Source: Eledone cirrhosa (taxonomy: Eukaryota). From it: a stretch of DNA of 64,000 nucleotides. Made by a program: the position numbers and the translations under genes. The notes below the pieces were generated by a model, which saw only the letters and a list, made by a program, of their open reading frames with translations, was not told the origin of the DNA and did no database searches. Shown one piece after another: positions 39,488-52,470 of the stretch. Within the stretch, counting starts at the first letter, position 1, and each line of letters opens with the position of its first letter. Location: contig OZ024747.1 of the NCBI GenBank assembly GCA_964016885.1, positions 41,788,001 through 41,852,000 on the forward strand, read 5' to 3'.

Positions 39488-39519
<32 letters not shown>

Positions 39520-39557
39520 AATACTTCATCTACAATACTACCTTCGGCAGGAAAAAT
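39418..39557 (-). CDS. RHBDF1: iRhom exon with acidic tract
   Basis: tag|ATT...AA|gtatct. IFPAEGSIVDEVFFD9ADEEEPEKPIEIPVEVPVESEHK, phase 0/2, joins 32419. Confidence 0.78.
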
Positions 39558-39807
39558 CTATAAAATAGGAGTTAAGGTTAAGAAAAGCAAACAAAATAAT
39601 TTAACATTAATTCAAATCCTAATTTAATTGTGTATTGAATCAACTTTTTAGAGTACTGTAAAAAAAGAATAAATTTGAGGAAATTTTTTTTAGTTTAATG
39701 GGGGATGTGGGGAAGTGCATACAACCCTTTATTTTTCAGGATTTCTGAGATTGGAGAAAAAAGTGGGGAATTTATCTGATTTGTTTGCTCTACTAAAGGC
39801 ACCCAAA

Positions 39808-40095
39808 AACCAGGTAGTGGTAATGGTGTTAAACCAGGTAACTACGTGGCAGTGCTACACTAGATAACCAGGTAACAGTGTTAAACTAAGTGACCCCAAG
39901 GCAGTGTTAAGCTAGATAACCAGGTGGAAGTGTTAAACCAGGTGACCATGTGGCAGTGTTAAACCAGATAACCAGGTGGCAATATTAAACCAGGTGACCA
40001 CGTGGCAGTGTTAAACTAGATAACCAGGTGGCAATATTAAACCAGGTGACCACATGGCAGTCTTAAACCAGGTGACCTGGTAGTGATGTTAAACC
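39808..40095. repeat. Degenerate tandem repeat built on ccaggt..gcagtgttaaa
   Basis: Higher-order period of about 52 nt, visible by eye. Confidence 0.75.
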
Positions 40096-42096
40096 TACAA
40101 CATAAAAACTAAACTGCTTCAGTGATACTGAATAACTGTTTAAAAGTGTTAGAAATTTGGAATATTTAACTCAATTCAGTTGATAGTTTTGACATTTTCT
40201 CATATATCCCAACTCTACTGGCTGCTCTGTTGAACTTTAAAACATTCCTTTCAACTAAATGTAAGCAGTAGTTGTAAAAAAAAAAGACATATCAGAGGTG
40301 ACCACCAGAAAGGGAATATAATTTAGATTACTCTAATATGGGGCGAAATTATATTTTGAAGCCATTCCATTCCCACTAAAATATTTGGATTAACTATTTT
40401 TATTTTATTCAATTCAATAAATTAGAAAGTAAGTTTGTGTAATTAAGAGCAGCCTTAGGAGGTGTGGGGTCCATATATATTGCAATATGTTGATGTGTGT
40501 AGTTTATGAACCAAGAGTAGATTACTATAGTGAGGGGCCTCATTCGATGTTGCATCATCATCATCATCATTTTATATCCACAGACCAGGTTGATACTTAA
40601 GCAAAGGTGCTGATCCCATGGATATCCTTACATAGGTTCCTACAATCTGCCAAATGCTCAGACAGGCTGGTGACCTGCAACTCGCTTACATACAATCCCA
40701 TGAACTACTAAATGCATTATATTGTGACATCAGCACGAGGGCAGTTGCCATATCTTTGATACAGCTGAAGAGTCTTCACAACCCTTTGCCAGGTTTTCTA
40801 TAGCTGAATGCCCTTCCAATTCCCAGTCACTTTACAGATGTGTTGTGTGTACTTGACAAGCTGAGAGTAGATTACTTTAGTGTTGGACCCCCACTTGGGA
40901 GGAATTGTTCCAACTGGTTCAAGCCTAGTCTTGGATATTAAATTCCTGTTAGCAAGCCATGTGTATTCCATGTTTGAGTAAGACTCTTAACTATTTAATC
41001 TTAACTATTAAATATGAATGTTTACTGAGTGAGGGTGATGAAAGGTAAAAAAAACATCCTTATATCTATATATCTAAAACAGAGAATGTCTGTCTGTCTG
41101 TCAGCTCCCTAAAACTCGAGAACCACCCAACTGATTGTTTTCAAACTTTACACATGTAATACTTATGGTCCTGTGAGTGTTTTGAGCAAAGATTATTTCA
41201 AATTTTCAATGCCCTAGGGACGCCATTAGGCGATTTAGCGATCTCTCTCTATAATTTTTAGTCTTTCTTTTTAGATAGATACATAGATATAACGTTGCAC
41301 CCTTATAATATCTGTCTGTATATCTGACTGTCTGCATTACGACATTATGACGTCGCTATATGTGTGTGTGTGTATATATGTATATATAGTGTGTGAGTGT
41401 GTAGATATATATATAGTGTGTAATGTATTTCGAAATATTTAAATCGGCTAGCCATAACACCTCAAAAAAGCCCTAAAAAACTGAATAAAATGAAGTTTTT
41501 CACCTAATGCGGGCCCTAGGCCATAAAAAAGTTGGATTTTCTTTGCTCACGGTATGAAGAAGAGACTGACTAATACATAGTTATAATTTCAAGGAAATCG
41601 GTCTGACGTAACGCCTAAAAAAACCCTAAAAAGCTGAAAAAATGCAGTTTTTCACCTAATGTGGGCCCTAGGGGATAAAAAAGTTGAATTTTATGTGCAT
41701 AACACTCCCTGAAACATAAGTAATACATATGTAAAGTTTGAAAAAAATTGGTTGGGTACTTCTCGAGTTTTAGGGATTCAAACTCACAGACACACACACA
41801 GACATCTTCAGTTTTATATATATAGATATATACATATCGTGTGTATGTGTTTGTTTTTATACGTTGTTTGTATTTATATTTTATTATTTAATTATCCCCC
41901 CCACCCCCCCACCTTTCGTTGTCAACACGTCCCTTTATGGCTTTATTTTTATTTTTATATATATTTTTTTGAATTTTTTTATCTTATTTATTTATATCTG
42001 TCCCCGAACTACTTCCCAAAGGTTTGCACATATTAATATATGTATGTGCATATATATATGTATGTGCATATATATATATGTATGTGCATATATATA

Positions 42097-42913
42097 TATG
42101 AAAGACGTAAAATAAGAAAATTTTAAAATTAACTTACTTACTAAAATGACGTAAGGATTTCTCTATGGTTGTGTTGCGTAACTATATTTATTCCCTTACA
42201 GAAACTAATTAGTTGGAGTGAAAATTTTAGTAAGTAAGTTAATTTTAAAATTTTCTTATTTTACGTCTTTCATATAATTGTTCTGCATCCTCTTGCATAG
42301 AACCACAAAGGTACTAAGACATAACATATATATTTGCTAGCATAGGTATACATCTGTATACATATGTTGGTAGATATACTAATTCTCTATATTTATCTCC
42401 AAATTATTTGTTGAGCAAAACTTGCCGAAATTACTATGGTTCATGGTAGTAGTTAGGCTCTTGTCTTATTACCACTCCACTCCTCACTGATTAACCTCAG
42501 TGTCACGTGATTGATTCTTTAGAATTTGCCACTGACCAAGTAGGCAGTGAATTTTTTCAGTGCCCTGGAATCTAGTCCCCGCTCGCTTTTTTCCATCCAC
42601 TGAATTATTATTTTTATATGGGTTCCTAGTGTCCGAGCATTGCCTGGGAACTTAGCTGAGAATAGACTCCCTGATGACGTAAGGATTTCTCTATGGTTGC
42701 GTTGCGTAACTATATTTATTCCCTTACAGAAACTAATTAGTTGGAGTGAAAATTTTAATAAGTTAATTTTAAAATTTTCTTATTTTACGTCTTTCATATA
42801 ATTGTTCTGCATCCCCTTGCATAGAACCACAAAGGTACTAAGACATAACATATATATTTGCTAGCATAGGTATACATCTGTATACATATGTTGGTAGATA
42901 TACTAATTCTCTC

Positions 42914-42914
<1 letters not shown>
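42097..42914 (+). mobile_element. Non-coding hammerhead element: about 1.5 tandem copies of a 528-nt unit with 5' inversion
   Basis: 42146-42390 repeats at 42674-42914; 42097-42147 is an inverted copy of 42223-42274. TA-rich flanks; no ORF. Confidence 0.85.
42666..42747 (+). ncRNA. Type I hammerhead ribozyme, canonical core
   Basis: ACUCC CUGAUGA c GUAAGG [about 37 nt] CCUUAC a GAAA CUAAUUAG UU GGAGU. 5-bp stem I, palindromic stem III, GUU triplet. Confidence 0.85.
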
Positions 42915-42973
<59 letters not shown>

Positions 42974-42979
42974 CATATG

Positions 42980-43015
<36 letters not shown>

Positions 43016-43108
43016 CATACATATATATATATACATACATATATATATATACATATATATACATATATATATATACATACATATATATATATACATATAT
43101 ATATATAC

Positions 43109-43157
<49 letters not shown>

Positions 43158-43158
43158 C

Positions 43159-43227
<69 letters not shown>

Positions 43228-43361
43228 TATCTATATCCAAAATTAATCTAAATCAAATGAATTTAATCTAAATCAAAATTATGGGTGTCATGTCAGGAAG
43301 ACATGCGCCATATCACCCGCAAAATAAGCTCTAAGATTCTAACGAGTAGGTCCGAGCATTT

Positions 43362-43745
43362 TATAATAACTAGAGATTGATTAACATATAAATAAACATG
43401 AATAATCACAGGAGATAATTTTTACAAGTGTGTAACCACACATAGCTAGGTAGGTAACTAAATAAAATGAACTTGTAGTGTAAACACGGATTGCTGGAAA
43501 TTTCTTCCTTGTTGAAAATCCAAATCTCCACTTCTGTGATTTACCATCTGATTAATTGGTGAAATATATTTCTTTAATGGAATATATACAGGGAAGATTA
43601 ATCTTATTATAAGGTATCTATTTTTGAAGTTCTGGTCAACTTTATTTAGTTACCTACCTAGCTATGTGTGGTTACACACTTGTAAAAATTATCTCCTGTG
43701 ATTATTCATGTTTATTTATATGTTAATCAATCTCTAGTTATTATA
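43362..43745. repeat. Perfect 105-bp inverted repeat with about 175-bp spacer
   Basis: 43362-43466 is the reverse complement of 43641-43745; right end runs into (TA)n. Confidence 0.9.
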
Positions 43746-43750
43746 TATAC

Positions 43751-43815
<65 letters not shown>

Positions 43816-43929
43816 GATATATATTTATATAGATATGTGTATATATGTGTGTATGTAGACTTTTGTGTATACATATTTATATATGTGTGTATACATATTT
43901 ATATATGTGTGTGTGTTTATGTGTATATA

Positions 43930-43960
<31 letters not shown>

Positions 43961-44305
43961 TTGTGTATATGTGTATGGAGAGATATGCATGTGTGTATAT
44001 ATAGAGTTTACGTTATTATTGAGTACATGTGTGAGTGTGCGCCTGTGTGTATGCATATGTGAGCAAAAGATAACACGTTTATATGTGTGTGTTCGTATTT
44101 CCATGTAGACGCACATACACTTGTGTGAGAATGTATAAACGTGTGAGAATGTATAAACGTGTGTTTGAGTGTGTGTATGTTTATGTTCTGGATATTTATT
44201 TATATATTTTTCTCCCTCAATTTTTGCCCGTTATTTGATTTCAGCCTCACTTTCATATTTCCTAAATTTTGTTTTCAAATCCATATTTAATAAACATTCC
44301 ATTTT

Positions 44306-44369
44306 ATTCTTTCTGATGACTGAAGACAGATATAAATATCTGTCTTCAAGAAACCACTGGTAAATGAAT
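44306..44369 (+). ncRNA. Type I hammerhead ribozyme
   Basis: AUUCUUU CUGAUGA c UGAAGACAGAUA uaaa UAUCUGUCUUCA a GAAA CCA c UGG UA AAUGAAU. 12-bp stem II, GUA triplet, about 30 nt upstream of (TA)n. Confidence 0.8.
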
Positions 44370-44972
44370 TAATTATCTTATGTTGTTTATTACATAACTA
44401 TATATATATATATATATATAATTATATCATAGCACCAATTCTAACTATGTATATATATATAATTATATATTCGTGTACAGATATTTTTGCATACACAATA
44501 ACAAAATAGAAACAAACGTATTTATTTCACGAGGCTCGATAAGGATAAATATATATCAAATATATAAGAACCCTAGAGCAAATCCCGAGCAACGCCGGGC
44601 CATTCTGCTAGTAGTTTCTAAAATAAATTTATTTTACATATAACTAGTTTTTTTGTTGTTGTTTTTAAAGTATAAGCCTTCCTGAGAAAACAAACAAACT
44701 TAAATACATTTGGTTACTCTCTTTGTACACAGAAAAATATAAGGAGCACTTTTACATGTTATTTACTTTTACATGGCTATTGATCAATTTATACATGTTA
44801 TATTGGCTATTGATCAATTTGTTTCTGCTACCACAACTAAGCTGTCTTTTTCCTACATCCAGAATAATGGCATCTAATGTGTGCTTCATTCTTTTTTTAA
44901 AATGATAGGTGTGATTTGAGGAAGATAGACTGCTATTTCTTGCAGACTGGGCATTGGCTCATTATATACTAA

Positions 44973-45419
44973 GTAGGTGATAAGTTATGTCATTTAGATC
45001 AGTATTATATCACAACCTTCTATTTCTCTATAAAAGTTACACCCTTTTTACCTTTATAATATTTTGGCCTTCAGTTATGGCTCTTTACATTTTCAGTTAA
45101 AATCCTGCTTTTCATCCTTCTGGGGTCAATAAAGTAAAGTACCAATTAAGTACTAGAGTTGATATAATTGACTTTCCCCTTCCTCCAAATTGCTGGTAGG
45201 TGATAAGTTATGTCATTTAGATCAGTATTATATCACAACCTTCTATTTCTCTATAAAAGTTACACCCTTTTTACCTTTATAATATTTTGGCCTTCAGTTA
45301 TGGCTCTTTACATTTTCAGTTAAAATCCTGCTTTTCATCCTTCTGGGGTCAATAAAGTAAAGTACCAATTAAGTACTAGAGTTGATATAATTGACTTTCC
45401 CCTTCCTCCAAATTGCTGG
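44973..45419. repeat. Recent 223-bp tandem duplication
   Basis: 44973-45195 is repeated at 45196-45419, apparently identically; includes part of a SINE. Confidence 0.9.
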
Positions 45420-46990
45420 TCTTGTGCCAATGTTTAAAAAGAATTATTTAATATTTAAAACCCTGAGAAAGGTTCTGTAGATAAGTTATGTATGGCTTTT
45501 CAAACCTCATTTTTGCTTGTAAAAACCTAACTTATCCACAAGCATAAATAGTATATAAAACGATTATTTGAAATTGTTTTGTGTTCAACAGAATTCTTAT
45601 TTTTAGTAAACTAACATTACCATAAATGGGATTAGTTAACATATTAGAAGGAAATATATTGATAACATCAGATTGAATAACACAAGCAGTAAAACTCAAT
45701 TATATGCAGGGCTGGATTTATTGGGGGGGGGGGGGGGGGGGGAGACAGAGGGAGATGAATGCTTCCTCCCCTGTCAAATAGGAACAGCCTTGGGCCCTCC
45801 AAACCCGAACCACCACAGACCTGAACTGCTCTGACCCCCCCCCCCCCAATCTTAGCTGACCCATGAGGTTGCAGCTCATAGGTTTCTGGTGTTTTAATAA
45901 TAGGATCCCCACTTCTGTTATGTTGTTACAATTCACACCTATGTAGGTTTAGCTGGGCTCCTACAAGGTTACCCCTCATAGGAGGATTTTTTGGTGTTTT
46001 AATGATAGGGACAATAGTCCTAGCATAGAAAGCAGCATGAAATAAAGCATCTTGCTCAAGAACACAAGACATTGCTTGGTCCAGGAATGGAAGCCACAAC
46101 CTTATGATCATGAATCAAACACCCTAACCACTACGCCATACACAATAGAAATAGATTAATATATGTTATGCTTTAACACTTTGCTTGAAAAATTGTGGAA
46201 TAGGAAATACAAATTTAAATAAGTTTAAATATTTGAAAGCCTACAATGCATCCAAGATTAAAAGTGCCAAGGTAAGAGGAGTTATAGAGGAAAGAGTGAG
46301 GATGATAGAATTTTACCTTAGTAAATTTATTTATCTCAAATATTTTCAGGTTTAAAAACCCATTCTCAAAAGAGGATCTGTGTGTAGATGTTCAAAGAGC
46401 AATCAGAGAAGAGTTGTTGTTTGGCTGACATTTAATTTAGATGTTATGCTATATTGTTATCTCATACTTGATACTCAAAAATTTCACATATATTTATAAT
46501 CCCAATATGGCTATAACTGGCACTATGGTACAGCATCTGCCATCTCCCTTTTTCAAAACACCAATCCTGATAAATCTATAGACAACCCAACAAAAGAGAA
46601 GCATCTCCAAATTATAAATCACAGCAGGTGTCACTGCCTGTTCTCTGCAGCAATGCTTTTGCCATCTTGCCTGCTGTAGTGTGTAGCTGAGCTATACTGC
46701 CTAGCCAGAGGTGAAGAGTTTGCCCCTCCCTCCCTCCCTCTCCCGCTTTTTTCATTATTTATTTTCTTCACCCACCCCACACTTTGAATGAAATATAAAG
46801 CCAACTCAAAAGAACAACCACAATCTGTCTCTCCTCCTCCTCTCCCTCTCACTTTCTTAATTCTTTTTTTTCTTTTTCTTCTTTTCATTTCGTTTATTTT
46901 TTTTGTTCCCTTAATAGTTTATTTTGTTTTTAAGAATAGAGTTCTTTCTGACCACAATCTTATAAAGTATTTTTTATGTAAATTCTTTAC

Positions 46991-47086
46991 CTGTGAACTA
47001 TCCGCATCAATATTTAAGCTTGCTGGAGCATAACTCCTATTTGGAGTATAAATTTGGTTCTGCTGTTGCTGTGTTTTCTTTAATCC
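46991..47086 (-). CDS. RHBDF1: iRhom exon (96 nt)
   Basis: tag|GGA...CAG|gtaaag. GLKKTQQQQNQIYTPNRSYAPASLNIDADSSQ, phase 0/0, fits its neighbours. Confidence 0.8.
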
Positions 47087-47514
47087 CTAGTGAAAGGACA
47101 ACAGAAATGACTGAGAGGCTATGGAAAGAAGGTTGTGGTTAAACGGGAATAAAAAGGAAGATAGACAGATAGACGGCTAGGTAGCCATATTGATTTGTAA
47201 CATGTTAGCAAATATTAAAAAAGGAAAAAACCATGCCAGAATGGAATGCATGAGCAAGACACAGTCATCTGATCTGTCTGACCTCATATGACAACCAGTC
47301 CAACCAATGCAAGCATGAAAAACAGATAATGATGGTGGTGGTGGTGGTCATGGTGGTGGTGGTGGTGGTGATGACAATGGTGAAGATGGTGGTGGTTGCA
47401 GTGGCGATGATGATGGTGATGAGTGATGATGTGGTGGTGGTCATGATGATGATGATATAGATTTCTTTCAAACTGAACAAATAAAAATGTGAAACATTTG
47501 AATATGTTACTTAC

Positions 47515-47821
47515 AGCAACTGATGACAACCCCTTTAGTGTTAATGATATAACTGATTCTTTCCGTCTTCTTCTAGGAAATGTTCTTGTAGTAGAGACAG
47601 TGGCTTCACTTGTGAGAGATAAATGATGACTTACAGGGAGTTTGAAGGGGTCATGTATTGGCAGAACTGAATCAACAACATCCTGTGACTGTGACGTTGA
47701 ATATTCATCTTTGAGTGTGCCAATGGTGTTATAATATCGTAAACGGCGATTTTTCCATTCGATTTCATATTTTTCGTTATCACCAACACCAAAGAAATCT
47801 GCAAGGCTGCCCTTCATTGAC
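47515..47821 (-). CDS. RHBDF1: iRhom exon, N-terminal cytoplasmic region
   Basis: cag|G TCA ATG AAG ... GTT GCT|gtaagt. Encodes SMKGSLADFFGVGDNEKYEIEWKNRRLRY...RRRRKESV, resembling the FFGV..W..RR segment of iRhom N-termini. Confidence 0.88.
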
Positions 47822-48367
47822 CTGCGAATAAAAACAATAAGGATTTCTAATTTAGGCAGAAGGTCAGTAATTTTGAGGGAATGTCAATTACAATGACCCC
47901 AGTATTTTACTGCAATTTTGTTTTATAAACCCCACAAGAATGAAAGGCAAAGTTAACCTCAGTGGGATTTTAACTCAGAACATAAAGAACCAAAACAAAT
48001 ACCACAAAGCATTTGTCTCATACTCTACTTATTCTGCCAATCCACCAGCCTTAACAATAACAAATAATGAGAAATGGGACAAAAATAGGTTGAAGTGTTG
48101 TTCCATAATCACACAAGACTGAGTTTTACAAAGTACTAGACCACCCAAATTATTTTGAAGTGAACGTGATCCAACGGGCCATATCCACTTAAAAATAATT
48201 TTTAAATAATTAAAATATACACAGACATGTATATAATGTGAAATGAAACTGGAAGGACCATATATATACGTGTGTATGTATATATATAAATGTGTGTGTA
48301 TACATATATATATATATGTATGTATATATATATATGGGTGTCTGTGATATATATGCACTGGTCATAG

Positions 48368-48411
<44 letters not shown>

Positions 48412-48416
<5 letters not shown>

Positions 48417-48988
48417 TGATGCGCATGAAAGACGACAGCTGTATAAAAAAGTGCAGGGCAATAAAAATAGACGGTAGCCACAGAGTAGGCAGACCCAGAA
48501 AAACCTGGGACGACTTGATAAATTCCGACCTCACACACTTACACCTCTCCAAGACAATGTCACTGGACAGAGATCTTTGGCGCTACACAGTAATACAGAA
48601 GACCCGCCTTGCCTAAGTACAAAGCGAAACCTACAGTCAGTAGGCACCTCTAACAAAAATACACCCCCGTCCCACTATCCCCACACCACCTCCTTAAATG
48701 TGAAGTTATGTTGGTACCACAACATCCAGTCCGAAACAAATGAGGTCGTGTAGGTGTCACGACAAAAAAAACACAGTCCACGCTGTAATATGGCCGTGTA
48801 GGTAACACGGTAAAAACCTCCCAGTCCACACTGTAAACGTGGTTGGTGTCAGGAAGGGCATCCAGCCATAGAAAACCCGCCAGACAGTCCTATGCGAGCA
48901 GGACAACCAATCTTGCCTCTAGTGGGACAATTCTCGTCCAAGCCCATGCTAGCATGGAAGATGGACGTTAAACGATGATGATGATGAT
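48412..48988 (+). mobile_element. RTE family B 3' end
   Basis: MRMKDDSCIKKC...GRPRKTW, then 3'UTR and (tga)n. Confidence 0.88.
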
Positions 48989-49132
48989 GTATGTATATAT
49001 ATATGTATATATATATATGTGGGTGTCTGTGATCTATATACACTGGTCATAGACACACACACATATATATATAATATATACACACACTCACATATATATA
49101 TACACTGTATATAGATCACAGACACCCACATA

Positions 49133-51079
49133 TCATCATCATCATCATCATCATCATCAGGTTTAGCGTCCGTGTTCCACGCTTGCATGGGTTTGGACGG
49201 GGGTTTTCCCACTTGAGGCAAGAGTGGTTGTCTTGCTCGCATAGGACTGTCTGGCGGGTTTTCTACAGTTGGATGCCCTTCCTAACACCAACCACATTTA
49301 CAGTGTGGGGCTGGGAGGTTTTTACCGTGTTGCCTACACGGCCACATTACAGCGTGGACTGTCTGGCGGGTTTTCTACAGCTGGATGCCCTTCCTAACAC
49401 CAACCACATTTACAGTGTGGGGCTGGGAGGTTTTTACCGTGTTGCCTACACGGCCACATTTACAGCGTGGACTGTGTGTTTTTTGTCGTGACACCTACAC
49501 GATCTCATTTGTTTCGGCCTGGATGTTGTGGGACCAACATAACTTTACATTGAAAGGGGCGGTGTGGGTGGGGTGGAGGTGGTGGGACGGGGGTGTGTTT
49601 TGATAGAGGTGCCTACTGACTGTAGTAGGTTTTTACTTTGTATTTAGGTAAGGCGGGTCTTCTCTATTACTGAGTACCGCCAAAGGTCTCGGTCCAGTGA
49701 CATTGTCTTGGAGAGGTGTAAGCGTGTGAGGTCGGAATTTATCAGGTCGTCCCAGGTTTTTCTGGGTCTGCCTACTCCGTGGCTACCGTCTATCTTTATT
49801 GCCCTGCACTTTGTTATACAGCTGTCGTCTTTCATGCGCATCACGTGACCGTACCAACGTAGCCTTCTCTCGAGTAAACAACATCTGATCCCTCTTATTT
49901 CTAATTTTTTCCTTAGTTCGTTTATGCTTTGCCGTTCACGTATATTACTATTGCACATCCAGCGGAGCATGCAAGCTTCGTTCCTCTCTAGTCTGCGTAT
50001 ATCCTCTGCACACAATGCCCAGGTCTCACTGCCATGCAGCATTGCTGTTCGTATGCAGGCATCGTATAACCTGCCTTTCATTTTTAGGGAGAACCCTCTA
50101 GCGGCTAATAGTGGTATAAGCTCTCTGAACTTTTTCCATCCAGTTCTGACTCTAGCTACTGTACTTTCAGAGCACCCTCCCCCACTGCTGATTTTGTCAC
50201 CCAGATAACGGAAGCTGTCCACTATTTCTATAGAACCCTCTGCGCAGTTGAAGGAGCTAGTATTTTGTGGGCACTTGCTGCTACTTATTGCACCAGAGCA
50301 CCGGCCACATGTAAAATCTATGTTCTTAGTTAGCTTACCTGTGATCCCACTACATCTTTTATGCACCCATACTTTGCATTTGGGACATAAAATGGAGTTT
50401 CTACCTACGCCTTTCCTACACACTGAGCATGGCCATTTCCCCGATGGGACCGCCGCCTTATTTTCTTTCCTACAAACTAGAACTTTAGTCTTAGCCAGGT
50501 TAATTTTAAGGCCTTTTGATTCTAGGCCGTGCTTCCACGTTTGGAATTTCTTCTCTAGTTCGGTCATTGATTCAGCTATGAGCGTTAGATCATCTGCGTA
50601 TAGGAGTTCCCATGGGCAGCCGGTCTTGAACTCCTCTGTTATAGCCTGAAGGGCAATAATAAATAGTAGGGGGCTAAGTACAGAGCCCTGATGGACACCA
50701 ACTTTTACGCTAAACTCTTCACTATATTCGTTGTTAATTCTAACCTTACTGACTGTTTCTTTATACATGGCTTGTATAGCTCTCACAAGCCATTCGTCAA
50801 CACCTAGTTTTCTAAGAGACCACCAGATAATGGAACGGGGGACTCTGTCGAAGGCTTTCTCCAAGTCGACAAAAGCTAAGTATAGGGGTTTACTTTTAGC
50901 TAGGTACTTCTCCTGTAGTTGTCGTACAATGAAAAGAGCGTCTGTGGTACTTTTGCCTGACACAAACCCAAACTGCATTTCATCTAGATCAATTCTCTCT
51001 CTGATTAGTTGCGCTATTACTTTTTCCGTGACCTTCATGACCTGGTCGATTAATTTAATGCCTCTATAGTTACTCCTAT
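49133..51079 (-). mobile_element. RTE family B, 5'-truncated, open RT-PHD frame
   Basis: ORF to the stop at 49644; 3'UTR with an internal duplication of about 110 nt; (tga)n tail. Confidence 0.94.
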
Positions 51080-51098
51080 ATACATATATATATACATA

Positions 51099-51549
51099 CA
51101 TCATCATCATCATCGTTTAACGTCCATCTTCCATGCTAGCATGGGCTTGGACGGGAATTGTCCCACTAGAGGCAAGATTGGTTGTCCAGGTCGTATAGGA
51201 CTGTCTGGCGGGTTTTCTATGGCTGGATGCCTTTCCTGACACCAACCACGTTTACAGTGTGGACTGGGAGGTTTTTACCGTGTTACCTACACGGCCATAT
51301 TACAGCGTGGACTGTGTTTTTTTTGTCGTGACACCTACATGACCTCATTTGTTTCGGACTGGATGTTGTGGTACCAACATAACTTCACATTTAAGGGGGT
51401 GGTGTGGATGGGGTGGGGGTAGTGGGACGGGGGTGTATTTTTGTTAGAGGTGCCTACTGACTGTAGGTTTCGCTTTGTACTTAGGCAAGGCGGGTCTTCT
51501 GTATTACTGTGTAGCGCCAAAGATCTCTGTCCAGTGACATTGTCTTGGA
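51099..51549 (-). mobile_element. RTE family B 3' end (near-identical inverted copy of 48549-48988)
   Basis: Direct comparison of the two segments. Confidence 0.85.
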
Positions 51550-51554
51550 CATCT

Positions 51555-51924
51555 ATATATATATATATGTATGTATATATATGTGGGTGTCTGTGATCTA
51601 TATACACTGGTCATAGACATACACACACACATATATATATATGTATGTATATATATGTGGGTGCCTGTGATCTATATACACTGGTCATAGACATACACAC
51701 ACACATATATATATATATATGTATGTATATATATGTGGGTGTCTGTGATCTATATACACTGGTCATAGACATACACACACACATATATATATATATATGT
51801 ATGTATATATATGTGGGTGCCTGTGATCTATATACACTGGTCATAGACATACACACACACATATATATATATATATGTATGTATATATATGTGGGTGCCT
51901 GTGATCTATATACACTGGTCATAG

Positions 51925-51960
<36 letters not shown>
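51555..51960. repeat. Five tandem units of about 74-78 bp
   Basis: gtgggtg(t/c)ctgtgatctatatacactggtcatagac followed by (CA)n(TA)n. Confidence 0.92.
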
Positions 51961-51963
<3 letters not shown>

Positions 51964-51964
<1 letters not shown>

Positions 51965-52439
51965 CATCATCATCTTCGTTTAACGTCCACTTTCCACGGT
52001 AGCAAGAGTTAGACGGGAGTTGTCCCACTTGAGGCAAGGTTGTCGGGTGACCGTGTCTCGCTCAAATAGGACTATCTGGCAGGTTTTCTACGGCTGGATG
52101 CCCTTCCTAACACCAACCACATTTACAGTGTGGACTGGGAGGTTTTTACCGTGTTGCCTACACGGCCACATTACAGCGTGGACCGTGTGTTTTTTTTCTC
52201 GTGACACCTATATGATTTCGATCTCATTATCTCATTTATTTGGACTGGATGTTGTGGTACCAACTTTACAGAGAGAGGGTGGTGTTGGTGGGAGTGGGAG
52301 GATAGGGTAGGGGTAGTGGATGGGGGTGTATATTTGGTTAAGAGGTGCCTACTGACTGTAGGTTTCGCTTTGTACATAGGCAAGGCGGGTCTTCTGTATT
52401 ACTGCGTAGCGTCAAAGATCTCGGTCCAGTGACATTGTC

Positions 52440-52440
<1 letters not shown>
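51964..52440 (-). mobile_element. RTE family B-like 3' end
   Basis: Last codons of the ORF, 3'UTR and (tga)n. Confidence 0.82.

Positions 52441-52470
<30 letters not shown>

Larger units (their letters stand above)
41065..44611 (+). mobile_element. Non-autonomous Helitron-like shell with nested insertions
   Basis: A|TCTATATATCTAAAA...(gtct)n 5' end and cccgagcaacgccggg hairpin + CTAG|T 3' end. That the two ends belong to the same element is inferred. Confidence 0.6.

Noticed and set aside
42794-43271. Overlapping Tyr/Ile-rich ORFs (also near 10519, 14946, 15934, 43845, 48202, 51611)
   Set aside because: Translations of (TA)n/(CA)n microsatellites.
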